Positions 8,538-16,046 are shown, numbered from the stretch's first letter. The stretch: DNA of 37,138 nucleotides from a virus (IMGVR_UViG_3300048762_000194:1-37138), one strand, 5' to 3'. Notes: generated by a model from the sequence alone, not told the origin. Program-made: numbers and translations.

Positions 8538-8718
8538 GAAAGTACACCCGCGGGCCTAATCCGCGCCACTCGCTATACGGCCCGCCCGTGTTGCGCATGA
8601 GCGCCGCGCTGAATGTCGCGCGCTCGTTTTCCACACACAGATCGCGCAGCGCTGTCTGTATTCGCGAGACCCCCCACCGCCCTTCCGGGTACGCGACGAA
8701 GCCCTCTGGCTTTTCCAA
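8467..8718 (-). CDS. Small protein containing a copy of the portal stem helix
   Basis: TTG start just after the MuF stop with GAGG upstream. GVSRIQTALRDLCVENERATFSAALMRNTGGP matches portal GLSRLSAVLREVCTDNERATFSAALMRNMGVP at 21/32 positions. Confidence 0.6.
   Translation of the reverse strand: MEKPEGFVAYPEGRWGVSRIQTALRDLCVENERATFSAALMRNTGGPYSEWRGLGPRVYFRGSCADPGGACGLCRGRPPTRRG
8591..8628. repeat. 38-bp exact repeat of portal gene 5281-5318
   Basis: ttgcgcatgagcgccgcgctgaatgtcgcgcgctcgtt at both sites, same orientation. Confidence 0.95.
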
Positions 8719-8719
8719 T

Positions 8720-9772
8720 TTACGCGTCCTCTTCCACTCCAATCGCCTGCCGCGGACTTGCCGCTTTGCTGTCCATTACCCGCTGCGCGGCCGGGTCTCC
8801 CGCCTCGGCATAGTATGCGACCTGGCTGTCCGGCACCTCATCAACCCGGGGTTTGACTGGCGACAGCCCCACGTCAGGATAGTCCGTTAGCACGTCAGCG
8901 AGCCAGCACATACAGCGCGGATGCGAGCTGGGCACGTCCATTGGCAGATAGACCCCCGGCCCCAGCCCGGTATCATCATCCGCCAGGATATCGCAGATAT
9001 CAGCCTGCGTGTGGCTCGCGCTCAGCGACCACCGAATCCCGGACAAAAACTCGTGCATCTGGCCCGTCTCCGGGTCCAGCGCCGCCTGGATGGTGGCCTC
9101 TTTGTAAGCGGTGTTGACCTCGCTTTGCGCCAGCAGATGCGCACGCCCGAACGCATTGTCTGCGTTGGGATCAACCAGGTAGTGACGCAAGCTCTCCGCC
9201 AGCGTCTTCGCGTCCCGTCCGGTCACGAGTGCAGACATGATCCGATCTGCTATCTCCCGCTCATTGTCCGACGTCAGGTTCCACATCCGCTCAGACAGCT
9301 TCAGGCCGTCCTTGTAGACCCTCTTCATGGTGTTTTCAATCGCCCCGAGCGGGATCTCCCCGAATCCCACCGTGAGCGTTTTCCCGTCCGAGAGCGGCCA
9401 GGATTTATCGAGCGTCGGCGCCAGGCCCGGGTTCGCCGGTTTGCCCAGAAGCTTGAGGACGCTCGCTTCACGGTCGGCGCCGGCCTGCGCTGTCCCGTGC
9501 ATCCCTGCGTGCAGGATGGAGCCAAAATCGCTGTTGAGATTGGCCGTCAGACGCTGGACCTCGGCTATCCGCTCCCGCAGATAGGTTCGCCGAAGTTCCC
9601 GCTCCTCGGCAGACAGGCCTTTCTCGTTTGGCAAATTCTTGAGCAGGTGTTTGAGCTGGCGATAGGTCCGCGTGAAGATGTAATCCACCCGCTGGACCGT
9701 CTCCTGCGTCAATTCCAGTTGCCGCGCCCGGGCGTCTAACAGCAGTTTGCGGTAATCGCCGGCAGCGTTCAT
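8720..9772 (-). CDS. Minor capsid / head morphogenesis protein (MuF / SPP1 gp7-like)
   Basis: LSERMW, RAHLLAQSEVNTAY, DICDILA and SHPRCMC motifs. Confidence 0.85.
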   Translation of the reverse strand: MNAAGDYRKLLLDARARQLELTQETVQRVDYIFTRTYRQLKHLLKNLPNEKGLSAEERELRRTYLRERIAEVQRLTANLNSDFGSILHAGMHGTAQAGADREASVLKLLGKPANPGLAPTLDKSWPLSDGKTLTVGFGEIPLGAIENTMKRVYKDGLKLSERMWNLTSDNEREIADRIMSALVTGRDAKTLAESLRHYLVDPNADNAFGRAHLLAQSEVNTAYKEATIQAALDPETGQMHEFLSGIRWSLSASHTQADICDILADDDTGLGPGVYLPMDVPSSHPRCMCWLADVLTDYPDVGLSPVKPRVDEVPDSQVAYYAEAGDPAAQRVMDSKAASPRQAIGVEEDA

Positions 9773-10230
9773 TTAAGAGCTATCCTCTCCCACACGCGTA
9801 TTTTCCGCCGATGACCGATCGCTCCAGTCCAGCGAAACCCCGGCGCTGACCCCAGGCTGGCCAATGTAGATGACACAGCCGGACACTGCGACCATCTGGC
9901 GTCCCATGAGATCGGACGCTGCTCCGTCTCACTGCAATACGACTCGTATGCAGCCAGCAGCGCCGCCGTGGCTATCCAAAGCCCTCTCCCCACGGCGCAT
10001 CGGTCGCGAGCGAACAGTAGGAAGCTGTTCGGCCTGCTCACTGGCAGTGCGAGCAGCATAGAGTAATTTTCCCACAGCCGCAGGCCCCGCCCTTCGACTT
10101 CAACATGGATCCTGGCCCGTTTCCGCCGGCGGTCTACGTCAATCACCACGACGGGACACGCCCAGATCTGCGACACAACCACATCTCCCGCGTGCGGGGA
10201 AAATGGGAGTTCAGGGACTGCAGGCAACAT
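9769..10230 (-). CDS. KOW-like + winged-helix protein, candidate late regulator
   Basis: GGAGG RBS before ATG 10230. N-half VVVIDVDRRRKRARIHVEVEGR resembles NusG/LoaP KOW. C-half FARDRC...LLAAYESYCSETEQRPIS...RVWERIALK resembles the primase C-terminal wHTH. Confidence 0.55.
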   Translation of the reverse strand: MLPAVPELPFSPHAGDVVVSQIWACPVVVIDVDRRRKRARIHVEVEGRGLRLWENYSMLLALPVSRPNSFLLFARDRCAVGRGLWIATAALLAAYESYCSETEQRPISWDARWSQCPAVSSTLASLGSAPGFRWTGAIGHRRKIRVWERIALK

Positions 10231-10276
10231 TGACCCCCTCCGAGACCGCGGGCATTGGCGGGGCTGGCATGCACAC

Positions 10277-10296
10277 ACGTCTATTGTATCAGACGT
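10277..10296 (-). promoter_or_regulatory. Extended -10 promoter enclosed by a palindrome, head of the late region
   Basis: Minus strand TGaTACAAT, flanked by ACGTCT-N8-AGACGT. Confidence 0.5.
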
Positions 10297-10322
10297 TCAA
10301 GGCAGGGATACGGCTCGCCCGG

Positions 10323-10342
10323 TGATCACATCTTGATCACAT
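10323..10342 (+). repeat. Integrase arm-type sites (left pair)
   Basis: TGATCACAT at 10323 and 10334, 11-bp period; matching pair on the other side of the core. Confidence 0.7.
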
Positions 10343-10375
10343 GACGGGCCGGCCTGCAGCGGACTGCAGCGGACA

Positions 10376-10409
10376 AAAGCCCCCGATCTGAGCACAGACC
10401 GGGGGCTTT
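10376..10409 (-). terminator. Intrinsic terminator downstream of int, possibly bidirectional
   Basis: aaagcccccg...cgggggcttt hairpin with T-runs on both strands. Confidence 0.75.
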
Positions 10410-10434
10410 CTCTTGCTCCCTGAGCACGTGGCCA

Positions 10435-10490
10435 CCAGATTTAGGATCTGGTGCCCTCAAAGCGTGCGGGTTCGAGTCCCGCCTCGCCCA
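10435..10490 (+). other. attP: attP core: 3' half of tRNA-Leu(TAG)
   Basis: Anticodon arm ccaga-ttTAGga-tctgg, long variable arm, T-arm gcggg-ttcgagt-cccgc, acceptor strand ctcgccc-A. No 5' half or D-arm; adjacent to the integrase. Confidence 0.9.
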
Positions 10491-10520
10491 TGTCGATAAT
10501 CGTGTTCCAGGGTCTCCGGC

Positions 10521-10540
10521 TGATCCCATTCTGATCACAT
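10521..10540 (+). repeat. Integrase arm-type sites (right pair)
   Basis: TGATCCCAT at 10521 and TGATCACAT at 10532, 11-bp period. Confidence 0.7.
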
Positions 10541-11617
10541 CGCGTCTCGCGACCGGCCCAAAGCCCGGTCAATCTGCTCTGCCGCCCCGTCTCGCATGGG
10601 CGGAAGGACGTGCGCATAGAGGTGCATCATTTCCTTCGTCCGGTGTCTCATCCTTGCCATGGCGATCCGGTCCGGCACTCCGGCCGACAGCAACAGCGTG
10701 CCCTGTGTGTGCCGCAACCCGTGGAAGTGGATGTCCATCCCGATCCGCTTGACGTGGCGCCGAAACCGGTCTGTCAGCAGATCCGGCCGGGTCAATCCCC
10801 CATCCGGCTCACACACGATGTAACCGTCTCCGGGCGCCGCTGCAGCCCGGGCCAGACGCAGATCGTCAAGCACCGACCCGGGGATCGCCACACTTGCGGA
10901 CTGGTGTGTTTTGGGGTCTTTCATCGTCACCTGGCCATGCAGCAGCTCCGCAGCCCTCCGCACAACCAGATACCCCCCATCGATGTCCAGGTCTGACCAT
11001 CTCAGCGCCGTCACCTCGCCGCGCCGCAGTCCGCACGTCATCGAGAGCAGCACAGGAAGATAGAGCCACGTGCCCGCACACGACGCCAGCAGCTCCACTG
11101 CCTGGTCGGCAGTTAACACCCGCGGCTCTCGCTGGCCGGGCCGTGGTGATGGAACGCCGTCACACGGGTTGTACGGGATGATGCGGAGTAAAACGGCCCG
11201 CCGCATCGCCATGGCGAGCACTCGATAGACGTAGCGCACCCGGAGTTCCGAGACTTTACGCTCTCGGGCGACAGCGAGCATCCTCTCCACGTGCAGCCCG
11301 GTCACGCTCCCCATCCGCAGGGCCCCGATCTGCGGTCGCAAGTAGATCCTGCACACATCCTCGTAGGACGCCAGTGTCCGGGCCGATACCCGCGCTCGCA
11401 CCATCTCCAGCCATTGAGCGAGGTATTCCGAGAGGGGAAGCCGGGCCCGCTCCGGAGCCAGCCCCGAATCGACTTCCGCCCTGGCAGAGCGCTCCGCTTC
11501 CTGAGCGTCCTTTTTCGTCCGAAAGCCGCGCCTTACGATCTGCCGGCGCCGGCCGTCCATCCCTCGCGGGGCCTCGTAGCGGATCCAGTAGCGCCCCTGG
11601 CTGCCGTAGACTGGCAT
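10535..11617 (-). CDS. int: Tyrosine integrase
   Basis: Arm-binding N-terminus (RRGFRTKKDAQ); catalytic motifs GLRRGE, PKT, HGLRHT, RH and LYAH. Confidence 0.95.
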   Translation of the reverse strand: MPVYGSQGRYWIRYEAPRGMDGRRRQIVRRGFRTKKDAQEAERSARAEVDSGLAPERARLPLSEYLAQWLEMVRARVSARTLASYEDVCRIYLRPQIGALRMGSVTGLHVERMLAVARERKVSELRVRYVYRVLAMAMRRAVLLRIIPYNPCDGVPSPRPGQREPRVLTADQAVELLASCAGTWLYLPVLLSMTCGLRRGEVTALRWSDLDIDGGYLVVRRAAELLHGQVTMKDPKTHQSASVAIPGSVLDDLRLARAAAAPGDGYIVCEPDGGLTRPDLLTDRFRRHVKRIGMDIHFHGLRHTQGTLLLSAGVPDRIAMARMRHRTKEMMHLYAHVLPPMRDGAAEQIDRALGRSRDAM

Positions 11618-12286
11618 CTATCCCTGATTGCTCTCTGAGACACGATACCCGGCAGCATCGGCGGCGTGCTGGCTCATGTATTCGCCCTGGCTCGTTTTCC
11701 CATACCACCGTGACCCGGGAAGATGGTAGATCCCCGTCTTGGTATTGACCCACACCTGCCCCCCAGTCGCTGGTGGTGCACGGGCCGCGGCCGGGTCCCC
11801 GGATATTCGATGTCGAATACGCGGAGCGCCCGCCCCGACATAGCGCTTGTATGCCGCGATCCAGTCGGTGGCTATGGCGTGCTGCGCGGTGGCCAGGGGA
11901 AGCTGCCCGTCGCAGACCAGGGCGTGCAGCCGGTCCTCGAGGCGGTCTTTGACGTGCGCGTTCCATGGCTGCGTCAGATAGCTCTCCGGCCAGAGGTTGC
12001 GGATCGAGTTCGATCCGCCCAACTCCAGGCTGATGAGGTGGTCGACCTCGTATTCTCGCGGCCGGTGCGTCCGGATGCCGTACTCGGCATAGACCGCGTC
12101 TTTTTCCGACTGGGGCACGTTCCGGACCCGCCTTGAGTATCCGGGAACTCGGATCTGCGCCACGGTGACCGCGAAGACCGCTCCGGGCGTCAGGCGATGG
12201 TCGGGGCGGATAGGCGGGTCTGCGAGCGCTGGCAACGCCACAGCGGCCAGCAGCACGGCAAGCAGGAAAGGACGCAGATGTCTCAT
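11618..12286 (-). CDS. Secreted HNH-like protein with C-terminal VWVN..YH small domain
   Basis: Signal peptide ending ALA-D; EYEVDHLISLELGGSNSIRNLWP; C-terminal VWVNTKTGIYHLPGSRWYG...AGYR. Confidence 0.7.
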   Translation of the reverse strand: MRHLRPFLLAVLLAAVALPALADPPIRPDHRLTPGAVFAVTVAQIRVPGYSRRVRNVPQSEKDAVYAEYGIRTHRPREYEVDHLISLELGGSNSIRNLWPESYLTQPWNAHVKDRLEDRLHALVCDGQLPLATAQHAIATDWIAAYKRYVGAGAPRIRHRISGDPAAARAPPATGGQVWVNTKTGIYHLPGSRWYGKTSQGEYMSQHAADAAGYRVSESNQG

Positions 12287-12849
12287 TTGTAAGGGCTCCC
12301 GGGAGCGGTCCGAAGCACAATGTAAGCCGCCGTCGTCCCTGCGATATCCGTTATCCCGCTGTTCGGCGGAACACAGTCGCAGATATGCTCAGCCAAGTCC
12401 GTTTGATCCTCATGGACCCCGCGCTCTGCCATCTGCTCCTGAGCGTTCGCGAGCATCCGGCGAACGCGGGCGCGGTGCGGACTGTCAAACGTCTTTTGGA
12501 GCCTTGTAATGGCCCCCTCGAGCGCCGGATCTGCAGACGGCGAATCGGGTTCATCCTCGGAAACCACAGGCGCCGGAGGGGGTTGCGGCGCGACCGGCTC
12601 CGGCTTCGCCTCGGGAGCGGGCTTTGAAGCAGGTTTCGGAGTCTGTTTGGCTGGCTTAACCGTCGCAGCGACCCGAGCAGGGGCTGCCACCGGCGCCGGT
12701 ACCGGTCCAGATGTCATCCCCGCGATCACCCCCACCGTCAAAAAGACCCCGACCCCAATCAGTATCCACTCCGTCGCCCCCAGCCCTCTCCGTGTTGGCC
12801 GCAGAATGGGCGGCACTCGCAACACCGGCGGTTTCCCTTGCTCACTCAT
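12283..12849 (-). CDS. Membrane-anchored protein with Pro/Ala-rich stalk (possible superinfection exclusion)
   Basis: One hydrophobic helix after RRG-LGATEW, then a PAK/PAP linker and a small C-terminal domain; in the repressor operon. Confidence 0.6.
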   Translation of the reverse strand: MSEQGKPPVLRVPPILRPTRRGLGATEWILIGVGVFLTVGVIAGMTSGPVPAPVAAPARVAATVKPAKQTPKPASKPAPEAKPEPVAPQPPPAPVVSEDEPDSPSADPALEGAITRLQKTFDSPHRARVRRMLANAQEQMAERGVHEDQTDLAEHICDCVPPNSGITDIAGTTAAYIVLRTAPGSPYK

Positions 12850-12851
12850 CC

Positions 12852-13397
12852 TCACATCTCCTTCCAGGCGCCAATCACCCGCCCGATCACTCGCGCCTGG
12901 CCCGCATCCAGATCGGGGTATTCAGGATTGTCGCTGCAGAATACGATCTCCCCGTCCGGCCGCTTGACCCGCTTGACACAGGCCTCGTCACCCACCAGGA
13001 CGACGGCCACCTGTCCGATCTCAGCGGACACCTGTTCCCGCACAATCACCAGCTCGCCATCCCGCAGCGCCGGGGCCATCGAATCCCCGCGCACTCGCAG
13101 TGCAAACCTGGCGTCTTTGGCCAGCGCCGCCGGCACAGAGATCCACTCGTCTGCAGTTTCGACAGCCAGTGCGAGCGATCCTGCCGAGACCGTCCCGACG
13201 ACCGGCAGCCGGCGCATCGTCAAATACTGCTCGACAGCCTCGTTGATCTGGTCTGACAGGTCCAGGGCCGGCCGATGCTCCCGCCTGGCGTCCAGTTTCC
13301 TCTGCTCGGCTTGATATTTGAGATCGTCCCTCAGATACACACGCGTCGCCTCATACGCCGCCGACGCCCGCTTTCCCCCTTGGGGTTTCCCTGCCAT
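12852..13397 (-). CDS. Prophage repressor with S24 (LexA/CI-type) autopeptidase domain
   Basis: LPVVGTVSAG cleavage site, GDSM catalytic Ser, VKR catalytic Lys; divergent from a Cro-like gene. Confidence 0.9.
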   Translation of the reverse strand: MAGKPQGGKRASAAYEATRVYLRDDLKYQAEQRKLDARREHRPALDLSDQINEAVEQYLTMRRLPVVGTVSAGSLALAVETADEWISVPAALAKDARFALRVRGDSMAPALRDGELVIVREQVSAEIGQVAVVLVGDEACVKRVKRPDGEIVFCSDNPEYPDLDAGQARVIGRVIGAWKEM

Positions 13398-13433
13398 TTT
13401 TTATTCGCCTAACTCAGAAAAGCCGCCGGGTTC

Positions 13434-13490
13434 TCAAGGCCCCTTGATTCCGGGTACCCGTGACGCTAAGATCGGATCGTTGGTCAACGA
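13434..13490 (+). promoter_or_regulatory. Rightward early promoter with candidate operators
   Basis: TTGATT(13444)-17 nt-TAAGAT(13467). Palindromes tcaagg-cc-ccttga, cgggtacccg and tcgttg-gt-caacga overlap or follow it. Confidence 0.5.
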
Positions 13491-13534
13491 CCACTACTAC
13501 AGATTAGACGACAGCAAGAGAGGAAATCCCTCGC

Positions 13535-13816
13535 ATGGCAGAAGAAAGTCTTGACAGCCCCTTTCTCGAGATCCGCAGGGGACTCAATATGCCGCTCACC
13601 CAGATGGCCCGCATGGTCGGCGTGACCGCGGAAAGCTGGCGCAAGCACGAATGCGGCGATATCGTGGATGGTCTGCGGATGGCAAAAAGGGTCGCTCGCA
13701 AATTCTCCGGCGTCAACCCTGTGGACCTGGGAGACACATACGCCGCATGGCGCCGCAGGACGCAGCCGACGCCCGCCCCGGCCGAAGCCGTCTCTTACAC
13801 GCCCGTCGCCGCCTGA
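13535..13816 (+). CDS. Cro-like XRE helix-turn-helix protein
   Basis: IRRGLNMPLTQMARMVGVTAESWRKHECG; divergent from the repressor. Confidence 0.8.
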   Translation: MAEESLDSPFLEIRRGLNMPLTQMARMVGVTAESWRKHECGDIVDGLRMAKRVARKFSGVNPVDLGDTYAAWRRRTQPTPAPAEAVSYTPVAA

Positions 13817-13832
13817 CCCCGGAGATCCGACA

Positions 13833-14201
13833 ATGCCCCCCACCCGCGCCCGCTCTCGCCCGCTCTCGCCCGATCAGCACAGCGCTTTCCGTTACGACTC
13901 TCCGCGTCCCTCTGCGTCCTCTGCGGTGAATCCGGCCGTCCAGCCTGTGCCGACCATTGCCCCCCTGTCGCCCCTGGCTCTCAGTGTCTCAGATGCGGCC
14001 AGCGCTCTCGGCATCGGTCGGTCCACGGTCGACGAGATCATCAACGCCCAGTTAAGTCGCTCTGCCCAGGGCAACCCGCCTCCCCCAGAGGACCGCTTCC
14101 CCGTCCTCTTCGTGGGCAACCGCCGCCTGGTCAGCGTTGACGGTCTCCGAGACTGGATCCGCCGGCGCATCGAAACCGGCTCGAGGGATGTCGGCCCATG
14201 A
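13833..14201 (+). CDS. Excisionase-like HTH protein
   Basis: LALSVSDAASALGIGRSTV...VGNRRLVSVDGLRDWI; GGAG RBS. Confidence 0.75.
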   Translation: MPPTRARSRPLSPDQHSAFRYDSPRPSASSAVNPAVQPVPTIAPLSPLALSVSDAASALGIGRSTVDEIINAQLSRSAQGNPPPPEDRFPVLFVGNRRLVSVDGLRDWIRRRIETGSRDVGP

Positions 14202-14815
14202 AGCAACCAGCCTGGAGTAACCGAGAAATCTCCATCCTGCGTGACCATTACGGACTCGAATCTCCAAAACAGATCGCCAAGCGGATATGCTCGGCCACCG
14301 GTCGCAAGCGCACTCGTGTTGCCATCCTCGTCGCGTCTCAGAGATTCAGCATTCGCCCTGACGCCGCGCGGCTGAGCGACGGTCTCCTCACCCGGCGGGA
14401 AGCGGCAGATCAGACCGGCATCTCATACAACGTCATCGTCGATGCCTGCAAGGCCAAGCTGGTAGCCGAGGTCGGCACGGGCAAGCGCCGGTTTTTGCAG
14501 CCATCCGCCGTCGCCGAGCTGCAGCGGCTTTATCCGCTGGGCCCCCGGTCCACCTGCAGCGTCACTCAGTTCCGCCATCGGCTGGGCTACTCAGAGACGC
14601 ATGCCCTACGGCTGGTCAACACCGGCGTCATCCCGGCTGTCAAATCGGGCGGCCGCTGGCGGGTTGACAAGGCCGCCGTCGACCACCTGGCTGCCGAGAT
14701 GCACTGGCACGGTCTCACCCGCCTGAAGCTCCCGGACACCCCCGCCGTCATCGAGAACCGGCGCCAGTGCGCAGAATATTGCCGCACCCGCCGAAAACCA
14801 CAAAAGGCCGCGTGA
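14198..14815 (+). CDS. DNA-binding protein with tandem Xis/MerR-like HTH domains
   Basis: WSNREISILRDHY, LLTRREAADQTGIS, GVIPAVKSGGRWRV. Confidence 0.65.
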   Translation: MKQPAWSNREISILRDHYGLESPKQIAKRICSATGRKRTRVAILVASQRFSIRPDAARLSDGLLTRREAADQTGISYNVIVDACKAKLVAEVGTGKRRFLQPSAVAELQRLYPLGPRSTCSVTQFRHRLGYSETHALRLVNTGVIPAVKSGGRWRVDKAAVDHLAAEMHWHGLTRLKLPDTPAVIENRRQCAEYCRTRRKPQKAA

Positions 14816-15858
14816 TGACCGACCGCCCCCACACCTTCGCAGCCCTCTCCGGACCGGTTATTCCGCTTGTCCCGGCGTTTGTCGAGTTGACCGGCGACGT
14901 GCTGGCCGCTCTGCTACTGAGACATCTAATCTACCGATCTCACATCGCTCGAATAGCCGATCCTGGAGCGGAGTGGATCCCAGCCGAACGGGACCGGGTA
15001 ATGGTCATGCTCAAGATCGCCCGCAGCGCATACGACACTGCCCGGCGGCGCCTTAAAGCTCTCGGAGTGGTCCACGAGGACATCAAGGGCTTCCCCGCAA
15101 TTCTGCACATACGCATCGACCATGACGCCCTCGAGGCGCGGCTTTCCAGCCTGGCGCCCCCAGCTTCTGCATGGCAGCCGACCATGGAAATGACACCCGA
15201 TCCTCAGTTTGCACGCAGCATTCAAATTGAGACCGGCGGATCCCAGTTTGCACGCTCCGAACAATGTGGGCAGCGTGCAAACCCTTCGAATCACGACCAA
15301 GGAATCCGCGAGCGTGAAGCCGTCAGTTTGCACGCTCCGAGCAATGTGGGCAGCGTGCAAACCATAGAATCTTTTTCAGATCGCGATCGTACAGAGACGC
15401 GCGCGCGCGCTTTTGTCGCAAGCGACGGAAAAGCCACACAAGCGCCCGACCTGGCGGGCGAACTTGCCGCGCTTGGCTGCACTTCTAACCAGATCGCGGA
15501 TCTGCTCGCCGCCAACACTCCCGCGGCTATTCGTCGCTACCTCGCCGACATGCCGGAGTTCGAGCGAGCGTGGCCCTCTTCCAAGCGCGGTCAGGCCGGC
15601 GAGGCATGGAACCCCGGCCGCACAATCTACGCTGCCATCAAGGGCAAGTGGGATCACCCCGGTGTCGCATCGTCACCCGGCGCCGCAGAACGAAACCGGG
15701 AGCGAGAGACGGCCGCCGCCAACCGCGTCGTCACCAGGCCGCCAGGCCACACCCCCGCCCGGCGGCTCTCCGCGGACCCAGCGACGCCGGATGTCGCTCG
15801 CCAGGCCGTCGCTGCGATGCGAGCCCGCCACAGAAACCCAGAGGAGATCCCGAAATGA
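14815..15858 (+). CDS. Replication initiator (lambda O-like organisation)
   Basis: N-terminal wHTH (GDVLAALLLRHLIY...ARRRLKALGVV); iterons lie in the linker-coding DNA. Confidence 0.7.
   Translation: MTDRPHTFAALSGPVIPLVPAFVELTGDVLAALLLRHLIYRSHIARIADPGAEWIPAERDRVMVMLKIARSAYDTARRRLKALGVVHEDIKGFPAILHIRIDHDALEARLSSLAPPASAWQPTMEMTPDPQFARSIQIETGGSQFARSEQCGQRANPSNHDQGIREREAVSLHAPSNVGSVQTIESFSDRDRTETRARAFVASDGKATQAPDLAGELAALGCTSNQIADLLAANTPAAIRRYLADMPEFERAWPSSKRGQAGEAWNPGRTIYAAIKGKWDHPGVASSPGAAERNRERETAAANRVVTRPPGHTPARRLSADPATPDVARQAVAAMRARHRNPEEIPK
15205..15381. repeat. Iteron cluster / putative replication origin
   Basis: GTTTGCACGC at 15207, 15246, 15326 (+) and 15273, 15353 (-). A 40-bp unit is duplicated at 15244-15283 and 15324-15363 with 1 mismatch; a short AT-rich run follows. 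Confidence 0.75.
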
Positions 15859-16046
15859 CCTTTGACGAAACCCTGCGCGAAATATTTCAACTCGAGACTC
15901 GGGTGGGCGAGGCCATGGCCCGGGAAGACGCTGTCCGGGCCGAACGGGAATCCCTCGAGCGGGCGCTCCGATCTGCCCGCCACCGGGCCGACTCACTCTA
16001 CCGCAAGCAGCACGACCCGCCGCCCTACGAGGACGGTGCCGAATGA
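15855..16046 (+). CDS. Small coiled-coil hypothetical protein
   Basis: GAGGAG RBS, ATGA overlap, MTFDETLREIFQLETR. Confidence 0.6.
   Translation: MTFDETLREIFQLETRVGEAMAREDAVRAERESLERALRSARHRADSLYRKQHDPPPYEDGAE

Noticed and set aside
5281-8660. Diversity-generating retroelement (portal repeat or tube repeat as TR/VR)
   Set aside because: Mismatches are not adenine-specific and no reverse transcriptase ORF is present.
10435-10490. Functional phage tRNA-Leu gene
   Set aside because: No 5' acceptor strand or D-arm upstream; it is the att core only.
10326-10538. 70-aa ORF downstream of int
   Set aside because: It is the antisense reading of the tRNA fragment, terminator and arm sites (WARRDSNPH is typical tRNA-antisense translation).
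15205-15363. CRISPR mini-array
   Set aside because: Only two full units, inside an intact initiator ORF, with iteron-like inverted sub-repeats and no cas genes.
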